From: Chrysemys picta bellii
Lineage: Eukaryota
NCBI RefSeq assembly: GCF_011386835.1
Contig: NC_088803.1
Location: forward strand, 35,154,001-35,218,000
Reading direction: 5' to 3'
DNA length: 64,000 nucleotides
Made by a program: the position numbers and the translations under genes. This document shows positions 1-12,400 of the stretch, piece after piece (position 1 is the first letter of the stretch; each line of letters opens with the position of its first letter). A model generated the notes under the pieces. That model worked only from the letters and a program-made list of their open reading frames with translations, had not been told where the DNA came from and searched no databases.

Positions 1-19
1 TGAACAACATTTAAGCACC

Positions 20-296
20 AAGAGGATAATAGGGTTATGGGAATAGCCAGCATGGATTTGTAAAGGACAAATTATTCCCAAATTAATCTAATTGCCTTCT
101 TTGACAAGGTTACTGGCCTGGTGGATTGGGAGAAGAAGTAGATGTGATATATCTTGATTTTTGTAAGGGTTTTGACAGTCACACATGACAGTCTCATAAG
201 CAAACAGGGGAAATGTGGTTTAGATGAAATAACTATAAGTACTCAAAGAGTACTTATCAATGGTTCTCTGTCAAATTTGAGGGATGTATCTAGTTA
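20..296 (+). mobile_element. Degraded CR1 LINE fragment (RT region)
   Basis: Similar to the CR1 RT segment SQHGF..NLIAF..VDVIYLDF.KAFD, also seen intact in the 61752-62975 ORF. Confidence 0.8.
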
Positions 297-523
297 ATAA
301 TGTAGCTGAATTCAAAGTACCTTAGTTCAAACTTACCGCGGGTCCAGATGCGGCAGGCAGGCTCCCCCGTTGATGCCGCGTACTCCTCTCGCCGAGCTGG
401 AGTACCGGCGTCGACGGCGAGCGCTTCCGGGATCGATTTATCGCGTCTAGACAAGACGCAATAAATCGATCCCAGAAGATCGATTGCCTACCGCCGGACC
501 CGGAGGTAAGTGTAGACCTACCC
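297..523. mobile_element. Non-autonomous DNA transposon (MITE, possibly Harbinger-like), one end missing
   Basis: Ends in AGTGTAGACCTACCC, has an internal hairpin GGGATCGATTTAT..ATAAATCGATCCC, and is homologous to 45048-45320. Confidence 0.7.
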
Positions 524-1279
524 TATGATTCAGTTATTCAAACCACCAAGGTCTAACTTAACAGGAACAATTTTAAGATTCACACGCATAAGTACTTGCA
601 CATTCAGGGAGTCAGGGAACAAAAACAACATTATGAATTATCTAACCAGTCACAAATAACCAGCACTGCTCTAATTTTAAGTATTTGCAAGGAAGTATTC
701 AAAAAGCTACGAGAATAAATACATTTGAGGAGCTTGTGATCTGTTCCTGGATAATCTACAAGTAGAAAAGGCTTAATTCATCATAACTTTAGTTGTAAGG
801 TATTCATTAAGCTATAGTCCCTATATATTAGTCCATGGATACCCATTTTATATCCCCTCTCTTCTGCAGAGAGAGTGTGCCACTCCCAATTACCTTAGGG
901 CTCTACTTACCCCTGACTAGTGAAAGTCAGCTCTGATTATCCCCACTAAACACCCAAGGAAGTGCTCAGTGGTAATCTTATTCAGCCCTCATTAGGGTTG
1001 CTGTTAAGCAGGTCTTGGTCCAGAGGGAAGGCAAAACTTAGGTGATTTATGAATCGTTCCCTCCCAGCATGCTAGTCAAGCTGCCACCCAGTTTGGCAGC
1101 TAAAAGGCTTTACAACAAGAGATCACTTATGTACCAGCAAGAAGATGGTCAACTATTCAGCTTTTTAGAAACACAAACGTCTCCCTGGAATTTAGAGGCA
1201 CCAGGTGTCTAGAGCAAATTCTGTCAAGTGTCTACACTACAGCCTTATTCCGGCCGATGGAAGTGCCCTACTACACTGA

Positions 1280-1950
1280 AAGAACAGGAGTATTTGTGAC
1301 ACCTTAGAGACTAACAAATTTATTTGAGCATAAGCTTTCGTGGGCTACAGCCCACTTCATCAGATGCATAGAATGGAATGTATAGTAAGAAGATATAGAA
1401 ACCTACAGAGAACATGAAAAGGTGAAAGTTGCTATACCAACTTTAAGAGGCTAATTAAGATGAGCTATTATCAGTAGGAGAAAAAAAAAACTTTGTTAGT
1501 CTCTAAGGTGCCACAAGTACTCCTGTTCTTTTTGCGGATACAGACTAACACGGCTGCTACTCTAAAACCATTCCAGACAGTTGACAAGAAGGTGTGAGGA
1601 TACTTAACATGGGGAAATAGACTCAATTTGTGTAATGACCCAGCCACTCCCAGTCTCTATTCAAGCCCAAGTTAATGGCATCTAGTTTGAAAATTAATTC
1701 TAGTTCAGCAGTTTCTTGTTGGAGTCTGTTTTTGAAGCTTTTCTGTTGCAAAATTGCCACCTTTAAGTCTGTTACTGAGTGACCAGAGAGGCTGAAGTGT
1801 TCTCCTACTGGTTTTTTAATGTTACGATTTTTGATGTCAGATTTGTGTCCATTTATTCTTTTGCGTAGAGACTGTCCGGTATGGCCAATGTACATGGCAG
1901 AGGGGGCACTGCTGGCACATGATGGAATATATCACATTGGTAGTCACTTG
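1280..1950 (-). mobile_element. Penelope-like retroelement 3' fragment with GIY-YIG endonuclease and partly inverted terminal repeat
   Basis: The minus frame reads NVIYAIMCQQCPSAMYIGHTGQSLRKRINGH...AELELI (ORF 1623-1895), a GIY-YIG signature. Terminal-repeat sequence at about 1280-1320 recurs inverted at about 1491-1532. Confidence 0.9.
1328..1367 (-). ncRNA. Minimal type I hammerhead ribozyme motif, intact core
   Basis: Minus: GCAU-CUGAUGA-A-GUGGGC(UGUA)GCCCAC-GAAA-GC-UU-AUGC. Confidence 0.8.
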
Positions 1951-2149
1951 AATGCTAGGATAGCTGCCTATAATGCACCGCTCCCAATGCCGCTGCAAGT
2001 GCCGCAAATGTGGCCATGCCAGTGCACAAGCAGCTGTCAGTGTGGACAGTCTGCAGCGCTTTCCCTACTGCACTCTCCGAAGGCGGGTTTAACTCACAGC
2101 ATTCTACAGCTGCAAGTGTAGCCATGCCCTAAGCTGCCATGGAGTAACA

Positions 2150-3330
2150 GGGAAGGTTCTTTCATGGATCACTAACTGGTTGAAAAAAAGGATAGTACTA
2201 AGTTGTCAGTTTTCACAAGTGGAGAAGGGTAAATAGCAAGGTCCCCCAAAGATCTGTACTGGGCCCTGTGTTGTTCAACATATTCATAAATGATCTGGAA
2301 CAGGGGACAAACAGTGAGGTGGCGATATATGCAAATGATACAAAATTCTCAAGACAGTTAAGTCCAAACCTGACTGCAAAGAGTTACAAAGGGATCTCAA
2401 AAAACTGGGTGACAAAATGGCTGATGAAATTCAATGTTAATAAATACAAAGAAATGCACATTGGATAAAATAATCCCAACTATACATACAAAATAATGGG
2501 ATCTAAATTAGCTGTTACCACTCAAGAAAGATCTTAGAGCCATCAGGCATAGTTCTCTGAAAATGCCCACTCAATGCACAGTGGCAGTCAAACAAGCTAA
2601 CAGAATGTTAGGAACCATTAGCAAAGGGACAGATAAGACAGAAAATATAATGTCGTTACTATGTAAACTCATGGTACGCCCAATCTTGAATACTGCCTGC
2701 AGTTCTAGTCACCCCATTTCAAAAAAAGATATATTAGAAGTGGGAAAGGTGCAGAGAAAGGCAACAAAAATGATTAGGGGTATGGAACAGCTTTTATAAG
2801 AGGAGAGATTAAAAAGACTGGGACTGTACATCTGACAAAAAAGGTGACGGGGGGAAATATGATAGAAGTCTATAAAATCATGAATGGTGTGAAGAAAGTG
2901 AATAGGGAAGTATTATTTACCCTTCACATAACATAAGAACTAGGGGTCACCTGACAAAACACATAGGCAACAGGTTTAAAACAAACATGAAGAAGTACTT
3001 TTTCACACAACAATGTCAACATATGGAACTCCATGCCATGGGGTGTTGTGAAGCCCAAAAGCATAACTGGGTTCAAAAAAGAATTAGAGAAGTTCATGGA
3101 GGCTAGGTCCATCAACCTTGATTAGCCAAGGTGGTCAGGGACACAACCCCATGCTGCAGGGGTCCCTAAACCCCCAAGTGCCAGAAGCTGGGACTGGATC
3201 ACTTGATAATTGCACTGTTCTGTTCATTCCCTCTGAAGCATCTGGCACTAGCCACCATCAAAACACAGAACACTGGGCTAGATGGATCATTGGTCTGACC
3301 CAGTATGGCCATTCTGATGTTCTTAAGATA
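2150..3330 (+). mobile_element. Degraded CR1 LINE 3' portion
   Basis: Broken frames give [16 protein letters not shown] and L.K.MVRP.L...KVQRKATKMIRGMEQL, followed by a CR1-type 3' end. Confidence 0.9.
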
Positions 3331-4020
3331 GGCAGATAGCATGACGTGCCAGACTCTGAAAGGAGAGCGAGAAAACTGAGATACGTAGAAGAGAATGACA
3401 GCATGGAAAGAAAAGCAAATGCATTTTAATTTTTCCACGGTAAATGACAGATAATCATTGCACTACTAACAAAAAAGTATTTTGAGAGCCCACTGAACTA
3501 CCTTGCAAATAATTAACCCACCATTGGTCTTCAGGTGACAGGACTGTCTCCCTATCACAATCTTAAGAAGAAAGATCAAACCAAAGTAGTCACCAAAACA
3601 GCTGCACAGTTCATCATTTGTCATGTCATCCATCTCTGCTTGCATCTAAGCAGCAGGATTAACACAACATCCACTGAAGTGAATGATATGCCTGTAATCA
3701 TTAAAAAACATTTTTCTAGATATTTGTTCAGTGCAGAGGACTATACCAGCACTGCCTTACCACCCTACACTGCAACCAAGTTACAAGCATGGTCCAGCAC
3801 CAGCAAAGGAAATGGATGTATGACATAAACAGGAAACAGAGCTACTTCTGATTGTGACTGTCAAATTTAGCCCAGACTAGTTTTTATGAGGAGAGGTGTG
3901 CACGTTTTTTTTTTTTTGTTTTGTTTTTTTTAATGTTAAAAAAAAAAATCATGGAAAGGCAAGAACTGGAAAAAGGGAGAGCTACAGACCCAAGGGACAT
4001 GAAGGGGATCGGAAAAGAAC

Positions 4021-4779
4021 TAGATGGGGCAGGCAAACTTTTTGGCCTGAGGGCCGCATCCCGTTTCCAAAAATTGTATGGATGGCTGGTTAGGGGAGGC
4101 TATGCCTCCTCAAACAGCCAGGCATGGCCCGGCCCCCGCCCCCTATCTGACCCCTCCCCCCGCTTCTCACCTCCTGAGACTCCTGCCCCATCCACCCCCC
4201 CATCCCCTGACAGCCCCCGAATCCCCCGCCACCCCATCCAACCCCCCCTCCTTCCTGACTGCCCCCCCAGGACCCCTGCCCCATCCATTCTCCCTGTCCC
4301 CTAACTGCCCCCAGAACCCCTGCCCCTCACTTCCTCCCGCCCCCCATCCAACCCCCCCCTCTTCCTGACTGGCCCCCCTGGGACCCTGCCCCCATTCAAC
4401 CCCCCTGTTCCCCGCCCTCTGACCGCCCCGACCCCTAACCACCATCCCGGACTCCCCTGCCCGCTATCCAACCCCTCCTGCTCCCTGCCCCTTACCGCGC
4501 TGCCTGGAGCACCGGTGGCTAAGGGCGCTACAACCGCACTGCCCAGAGCAGCAGGACAGGCAGCCGGGCCGCCCGGCTGGAGCCAGCCACGCCACCGCGC
4601 AGCTCAGAGCACCGGGTCAAGCCACAGCTCTGCAGCCCAGAGCATTGCGCTGGCGGTGGGGCGAGATGAGGCTGCGGGGGAGGGGGAACAGCAGGGGAGG
4701 GGCCGGGGGCGAGCCTCCCGGGGCAGGAGCTCAGGGGTCGGGCAGGAGGGGCGCGTGGGCCGTAGTTTGCCCACCTCTG
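4021..4779. mobile_element. hAT-type non-autonomous DNA transposon with C-rich internal repeats
   Basis: Ends ..GGCAGGCAAAC / GTTTGCCCACCTCTG, flanked by near-identical AACTAGA copies. Confidence 0.7.
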
Positions 4780-5175
4780 AACTAGAGGATCGATGATCCA
4801 AAGACGGGGAAGTATTTCTATCTAGAGAAATCAGACAAATGGATCAGCAAAGAAACGGCCACAGAGGCCTCACCCCAAGCCCCTCGCTCCGCACTTATCT
4901 GTCTAAGGATAATCTGCCAGGGCACGTTGTCGCGTCCTCCACGGCGACCAACCCCTCGCCAAGCCGTGGGCCGCACCTGCACTTCACATGTTAGTTCTGG
5001 GGAAAGCCTCTGACGTGGCCCCACACTTGGATCTTTGCAGAAAACAGGAACCTGCCCCTGCCCCCGGCCCCGTCAAATCTCACGGGAGAGCCCAAGGCAA
5101 GGGAGACGCCGCTGAGTCCGGGCACAGCCCCCGAGCAACGGGAGAGCGAGCCACGCTGCCGGCGGGGCGGGGAGC

Positions 5176-5262
5176 CGCGCCTCGGGACCCCGGCCCGACC
5201 GGCCCGCGGACCCCAACGCGCCTCGGGACCCCGGCCCGACCGGCCCGCGGACCCCAACGCGC
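5176..5262. repeat. 41-bp tandem duplication
   Basis: CGCGCCTCGGGACCCCGGCCCGACCGGCCCGCGGACCCCAA occurs twice plus a partial third copy. Confidence 0.9.
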
Positions 5263-5406
5263 TGAGGGCGCCCCGGCGAGGCCAGGCACAGGATCACCCG
5301 GGCGGACAGGGGCTGCACCAGGAGCGGGGGGATGCTGCCTCCTCTCAGCCCTGGGGCCGCACTCGCGCTAGGAGAGGCCCCCTAGAGCCCCAGAAACACC
5401 CGGTAC

Positions 5407-5422
5407 CTGCGCACTCCGCCAT
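5407..5422 (-). CDS. Probable first coding exon (MAECA, phase 1) of an unidentified gene continuing off the left edge
   Basis: Minus strand reads GAGCGCC-ATG-GCG-GAG-TGC-GCA-G|GTACCG: strong Kozak context and a donor-like site in a CpG island (about 4800-5800), preceded by UTR-like GC-rich sequence. No downstream exon was recognised in 1-5400. Confidence 0.45.
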
Positions 5423-8400
5423 GGCGCTCTCCGCGGCCCGGACCGTCCCGCTGCCGCTGCGCTCGCCTGCGTCCGTCACTCCCACAGGTCCCCAGCTAGC
5501 TGCTCTCTGCCTGAGAGTCGCGACGGGTCTCCTCTGGGGCTGCCCTTCCCACTGCCTGTCTCTATCCCGCACCGTGTCACCCCGGTAGCCTTGCCCCCCC
5601 AATGGTTAACCCACTCCCTTACTCTTCCTCAGCGCTCCCCGGGGAAACTTGGCCCCATGTAGGTGGTCTGGGGCTATTTTGATCAGGCACCGCCACGGAC
5701 AGCCCCGGCGGAGCGCCTCCTGGAGATTCCAGTCTCGTGGCTAAGCAGCGTGCGATGGCCCGGGGGGCGCCGCAGAGATCGCTGGAGCCTGGTCCCGGGT
5801 GTGGAGCTGCAGCAGGCTGGCCTCCCCCAAGGGTGGGGAGACTGCTGTGGGCATTCAAGTGGCCATGTTAATTGAATAGATCTCTGCGCGTGTCTGTATT
5901 ACTACAGCATAACTCTCCTCAAGCACCATTGCAATGGTGCATTTTTAAAAAATGAATAAACACATTTCTTTAGGGATATTAAAGATCCGATTTTGGAAAG
6001 CTGGAGGCCGCAGGCTGCCCTCATACAAGCCCTGCGATGGAGCATGCAATTGTGTGGATGGTGTTGGTAGCTAATACTGGGTCAGCCCCACTGGATCATC
6101 ATCCCCTGCCCCTGGAGATCTCCAGGCTTTAGAAAACCTCTCATACACAATCCCTCTACAACCATCTACCATACACACAATTCATCATATCACTCATGCA
6201 ATGCAGTACATAGCGAGGAAAAATCCAAAACAGTTTATAGCCAGAAACGTGAGCTTTGACTATCATTGCATAGCTTGCATAATAGATAGAGGGATAGATT
6301 CTCAGTTGATGCAAATTGGCATAACTTAATTGACTTTAATGAAAGCACACCAATTTACACCAGCTGAGACAGTGTTGCCAATTTCAAATATTCAAAAATC
6401 ATGAATCAGGCCCCCCAATTCATTAAACTGGCTTAGAAGTCATTATAACTATCTTATACCTTTATCTTCATAGCAGATTAAATGAAAACACCAGATCAAA
6501 ATACTCTTACACTTCAGTTTTAATGGCTTTGGCCCATCTCCAGAGCTAGGTAGCAACTGGAGCCATGTGGCTGGTTTGTCATCTGTCTCTGGTGGAGAAG
6601 CATCATATAATGTGCATAGCAGGGAGAGATAGAGAACACATTGCTAATGTCTCCAGAATTATAGGCTTCCTGTGCCTTTGTATTGAAGTGGAAATGTTGT
6701 TTGTTCATGTATATCTCATTCTGTGTAGCAGCCTCCATTGTAACATGACTGCAATGTGTCACTCATGTCTGATCACACTGGGAAAAATCAGTGTTGCCCC
6801 TTTTGACCTGAATAATTAGCCAACAACGGGGGAGGGGGGAGGAGCTTGTAGTTGTTTTCCAATTAGGAGAAATCGGTGACAGTGATGTATTTTCTTGGAT
6901 GCAGTTTTGTCTATTCACAAAGAACGTACAAAGTCCTGTGTCTCTGAATGCAGAAGGAATCAAATAGAAGGAAACAGCTTCTTTTGTTCACAGCACCAAG
7001 GGTACTCTTTTCAGCCTGCATCCCTGACCCAAAAACCTCTCCTCAGGTTTCTTTCAGGGTCAGCCACTGTGTTTTCAATTGCTCTTTCAGGCTCTCTGCA
7101 ACCCCCTACATTGCACCTTCTGTCTTTATTGACACCTGTGCAAAGTGGGGGTCAAACAGTATCAAATCAGCATGGTAGCACTTTCTGCTATGCACAGGTG
7201 TCGCATAACAACAAGAACTTCACAGTGCCTTACCCAGACTCTCTGTCTAGGAAGCTCAGCCCTTAAAGTCAGCCTTAATACTACACAGAGTTCCTGTTTG
7301 ACTTTGGGCAATCACTTGATCTTCCTGTTTATCAGTTCTCCATAAATGGTGGTAATAATACTTCCTTTCCCCCACCCTTTTGTGTGTCTTGGATATTTAG
7401 AGTGTATGCGTTCTGGGGCAGGGACTCTCTCTCACTACGTGTACGTACATTGCCTAGCACGTTGGACTCTGATCTCAATTGGGGCCTGTAGTGTAATGAA
7501 AACTGTGTTACAATTACAGGCTGTCACTTTAAGTTTTAAGGGGTTTTCTGGCTCTGCTTGCAAGCAAGGAGGTTGTTGTAAAGGGTGCAATCTGGATCAA
7601 GGTGGAGTGAGTGGTGCCTCTCTGCCTTAGGGAGCAGCCTGTTTTCTCTCTGTGTTTCGTTGTTGTGGGGAAGAGTTCTGGATTCTTAGAAATACAGTAG
7701 TGTTACATTGCAACCTTCCAGGAAGGGTATTTGGGGGGGGGGGGGGGGGGGGCGTCCTAATACTTTGTGTACATGCTGTGAACATGAACAGGGCTCTTAG
7801 GAACTTCTGTAATAGAAGTCATAATCCTAATATGATCTAGATTTAGTGCAATTTCCTGATACCAACTCATAACTATGCTGTCTTAGTGACATTGCAAACA
7901 AACCTCCACGTTAGAGTGCTGATGTCTCTGTCAGATAACCATGTGCTGCTGATGAGGTCAGAGGTGTAGTATAGATAGGGCCCAAGTACTCTGCGTAGTG
8001 AGACTCGGGGGTGAAAGGACACAGAGGACTTTGTGGCGCACGAAGCTCTCTGTTTCACTGGTAGATTGCCAATGTTCTAATGTGGTTCCCCGCTCCAAAA
8101 GGAAGCATTGGAGGCACTTGATCCAGCCTCCCCCGTCAATGTCTGTACACCTGCTGTTCAATGTCAGCAGAAAGCAAGGATGTCTGTATTTACATACCTG
8201 AGACCTCTGCCAATCCATACGGCAGGTAGTTATCAATGTCAGTTTAATTACAGCTGTGCTACTGTGGTGCCATGCACAATGACATATTCTATTATTGTCT
8301 CGTATGCGGGTCTCTTATCCCAGTAGGAGCCATGCTGTTGTCAGCGCTAACATCACAGGCCCCACCATGAATCCTCCTTAGCTCTGTGTGTGGGACTAAT

Positions 8401-10111
8401 GGCAAAGCAGGTAATACCCTGCTGGTTCTATGCAAGGCTGGGGAACTCCACAAACCTAAACTGGCGCCATCACTCCCAGCAACTGCTGCCAAAAATGAGA
8501 CAGTCAGGAGAAACGTGTGTTTGAAACAGTGCTGAAAAAAGGTAGGGATCAAGCTGGCTTCAGGAATCCTCATGGCCCCCTACAGACTATTCGTGCCCAC
8601 ACGCAGCCTAGGGTATGGGGCATGCTCACCAGCCCCCTGATGCTAGTGTAACCCAGGGCCTATAACACATGCTCACTAATGGGTTACAAACAATACCCTA
8701 AACTTGTGCCATGGATCTGCTTCCATGTTGCAACGCAGTATGTCAGATAGTGAATGTGTGTGTGTTCACCTGTAACATCTGCCCACCTGTGCTTGCATGG
8801 ATGATACGCAGGTGAATGGGTATGAAACCCCTGCCCTCTACCAGCCTGAATTCATTGACAATTTCACTGAGATGGCACAAAGATGGTTGCAGCGGCACAA
8901 CAGGGCCGCCTCCTCTCTATCCCCTTCTGAACTGTGGGACTTCAGAGCCCCACGCTCAAACAGTAGCAAACCAGGAAATGTTCAGGTAAGATCTCCCCAC
9001 AAGGGATGGTAGCGTGACAGGAAATAGCAAGCCACAGGCTCACCAAACGCAGGAAGGGCTCCGTTAAGCTACTGCTTTACACACAAACACAACACAACCT
9101 TAACTCTGCCCCCTAGGGATGCCAGCACCTTGTAGTCTCGCTCTTGTGGGAGCGGGGTAAAACAACAATGGACTTGTTTAGGACACACTTTGGGATGCCA
9201 CCAACATGACTTTCATGGGAAGCAATAATATGGACACCACCTAGAAAATAAGGGCAACCTAGAGACCCATAACACAGAACCCTAGAGAAAGAAACCAAAT
9301 TCATCAACATGACACTCAGAAGCCTGAACAGACTAGCACAAGTCTGAAATAAATGGCCGAAACTGGTGGATGCCTAGGCACCTGAGGGTGCAGGAGGACA
9401 AAGAAGATACTAATAGCAAATCAAAATCAAAATGAAGCAGTTTGATCAATCCAAAATGAAATGGGGTTTGGGGGCAATATTCAGGGAATTACAGAATGAA
9501 ACCTGAACATTTTGAATCAGAATGAAAACAAATTTTAAAATTTCAAAATCCTTCACACAACAGCATTTCCGTTCGCTGCACAGCTCTAGTGGTTAGCCAT
9601 TTGAATGGGGACTGTGTGGCTGAAACAAAGAGAAGAGGCAGCTCCATGTGCCCTGCATGATGTCTGCCAACCAGCTGCAATTACTCCTGAACCCTTGGGT
9701 GCTGGGTACTGTACACAGCTAAATAAAGAGACAGTTCCTGGCTCCAGGAGTTGACAATCCTTGTGTCAAACTGATGCACAGAGAGTCCTGTAGGACTGCA
9801 TTAATAGGGGCCCTGATCTGGAATTGTAATGGGCATAAAGACAATATTGTTAGGGGCAGGTAAGGTTGCATGATTGCCATAAAGGACAGAATTAAGGATG
9901 TGGTTGTGTTCTATTTTTAAAATCTTTCAGTTTTTCAATTCTAATCTGGATGGTCATGTCCCTTTACCTATCTTTTGCATTATTCTGCGTCTTTGCAGGT
10001 TGGATTTAATCAACAAACTGGTCTTTGCAAATATCTTTGCTTCTAATAATTTCCTTGTGCCCCATTTAGCCACCTTTGTCACTTTTATTGTAGATAGCTG
10101 CTAGTCACTGT

Positions 10112-10245
10112 CATAGGTGCTGGAACTAGGGGTGCGGGGGGTGCTGCAGCACCCCCTGCTTGAAGTGGTTTCCATCCCATACAGGGTTTACAGTTTGGTT
10201 TAACAGCTCTCAACACCCCACTCAAAAATTGTTCCATCACCCCCG
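10112..10245. mobile_element. Small hAT-type MITE
   Basis: 8-bp TSD GTCACTGT at 10104-10111 and 10246-10253. Confidence 0.75.
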
Positions 10246-11269
10246 GTCACTGTCATCTGCGCATGCTACAAAAGGGGTACCCAAGGACATAGTCCTGGAA
10301 ACACAACAAAATCTTACTGTCTCAGCCTCCTAGTTTCTAGTTTAGTGTTTTGGGGACACCTTGTGGCTGTAAGGAGTCACTGCAGAAACTGATGTAGTTA
10401 AAACTTGGATAGAGAGAGGGGAGAGAAGAGAAAAGTAGAGTGAAACTATGGTTGTGGGTAACGATTTTTCTGCATTGAGTGGGATGATGCTCCTAGACTA
10501 GTGATAACACCAGCATTCAAATGTGAAACATCTCAGATGGGTCTTGTAAAATTCTCCTTACTCAGTAGCCTAGGCAAGCAGGGTTTTCTTTGATGAGAAG
10601 AAAAATAGCAACAAGGTGCACTGCTACATGTTAGTCTGGACTTGGTAGGTTTTCATGTTTAGTTTGCAAGGTGCCTTAAATAAAGGAGGTGGAGAAGCAG
10701 AGGCTGAGTGAATCTGGAATCTCATGAGATCCATCATAGGGGGAGTATTCCAGTGGTGAAACACTGACACTTTCACACTATCTAGTCCTGCTGCTGGGGT
10801 TTCATTTGGATGGAAGCAGTGAAGAAATCTTGGTAATGTTCTCTCTCATTTGCGCTGTGGTTCTGTAGAAGTGGGGGAAGCTACTGAGGCAGGAGGCTGA
10901 ATTTAGGGGAAATGCACGCAATCTGTCATTTAGGGTAGATGTATACAACCCAGAGAGATGCTGCCCACACTGTAGCATTGAAGAGGCTCTGCCTGGCCTC
11001 AAACCTGCCACTATATAGCAGACAGGTTTCAAAACAAATGTACTATTTGCTACTAATTACTCTCTCTAGAGCCAGATATTACTTTTTAAAAACAAGGAGA
11101 AAAAGAGGCTGATGGGATGCTGCATATCTGGAACAAAAGGTGAGCCACATGGCTTGTGTGTCTTTAATTGCACAAGAGTTTGTTCAGCTGCTACTGCCAA
11201 AAAAACCTGTGCCTCTCCAATCTGCTATAATCTTTCAAGCATAATCACAAAATAGTGGATATAGGAGAA

Positions 11270-12400
11270 CAGGTTGGAATAGTTTATTTAGGCATTCAAG
11301 GAGCCTTTGACAGTCCCTCACAAAAACCTATTAAGGAAATTAAGTAGTCATGGGATGACAGACAAAGTATGGTCATGGATTAAAAACTAAGTAATAGAGA
11401 ACAGAATAGGGACAAATGGCCAGTTTTCAACATAGCAGACAGCCAATAGCAGAGTGCCCAAGGATCTGCATTAGGACCATTATTATGATCTGGAAAAGAG
11501 AGTGAGCAAGGAGGTAGCAAGAAGTCCAGATGGCACAATTATTTGGGTTAGTCAGGACTAGAGAACAATGTGAAGAACGCAGCATGAGAGCAGATTGACA
11601 AATGCAAAGTGATGCACACTACAAGAAATAATCTGAGCCACTCATATGCTTTGCTGGGATCTAAAATTAAGCATCACTCAGAAAACAGAGCTGGCTCTCA
11701 TTCAGTGAAGACCTCTGCTCAATGAGCAAATAAAGAAAAGCAAACAAACTGTTAAGGGATAAAAAGGATGGGGCAGAGAATCATACTACAATTAGGTTAG
11801 TAGTGGTTCACCCTCACCTGGGATATTGAGTTCAGTTCTGGTCACCCCATTTCTAGAAATCAGAAGTAATAGATATAAAGGGAATTCTGAGACAGGTACA
11901 AAAAATGTCTAGAGGCCTGCAGAGACTTCAGACAGACAGAAGAGACTGGGATTGTTTAGTTTGGAAAGGGAACATGGCAGAGGACAATACAAGTGACAAG
12001 TACAGAGAAGGTCAGGAGGTTTTCCTATTTATCTTCCCATTTTGCAAGGGGACAGTTAATGAAATAAGGCAACCTATTTAAAACCAGTATAAGGACACAT
12101 CTCCCCTCACCCTCTCACCCCCTCCCCCATATTTAATCTGTGGAATTCATTGCCACAAGATCTCAAGAATACAAAAAAGGGTCAGACCCATGGATAACGA
12201 GAGCATCCTTACTTACACTAGAGAGGGCAACAACGATAAGGGATCTGAACCCTCGTGCTGCCAATTGCTCAGAGTTGGGAAAAAATTATTGCCCACAGTA
12301 GAGTTTCTTTCTCTAGAGCAGTTCTGGCCACTGGGAAACAGCGTATTGGAGGAGCGGGAGCTCCAGGCTGACACTGTGCAGCTGTTCTTTTGTTACTCTA
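11270..12400 (+). mobile_element. Old, degraded CR1 LINE 3' portion
   Basis: Diverged similarity to the other CR1 copies (GCCTTTGACA.., GTTCAGTTCTGGTCACCCCAT, CTGGGATTGTTTAGTTTGGAAA). Boundaries are approximate. Confidence 0.75.

Larger units (their letters stand above)
4800..5820. promoter_or_regulatory. CpG island / promoter of an unidentified gene
   Basis: Dense CpG and GC boxes. Most of it does not resemble the surrounding transposon families. Confidence 0.7.

Noticed and set aside
7733-7752. Long G run (G-quadruplex candidate)
   Set aside because: A simple homopolymer with no supporting context.
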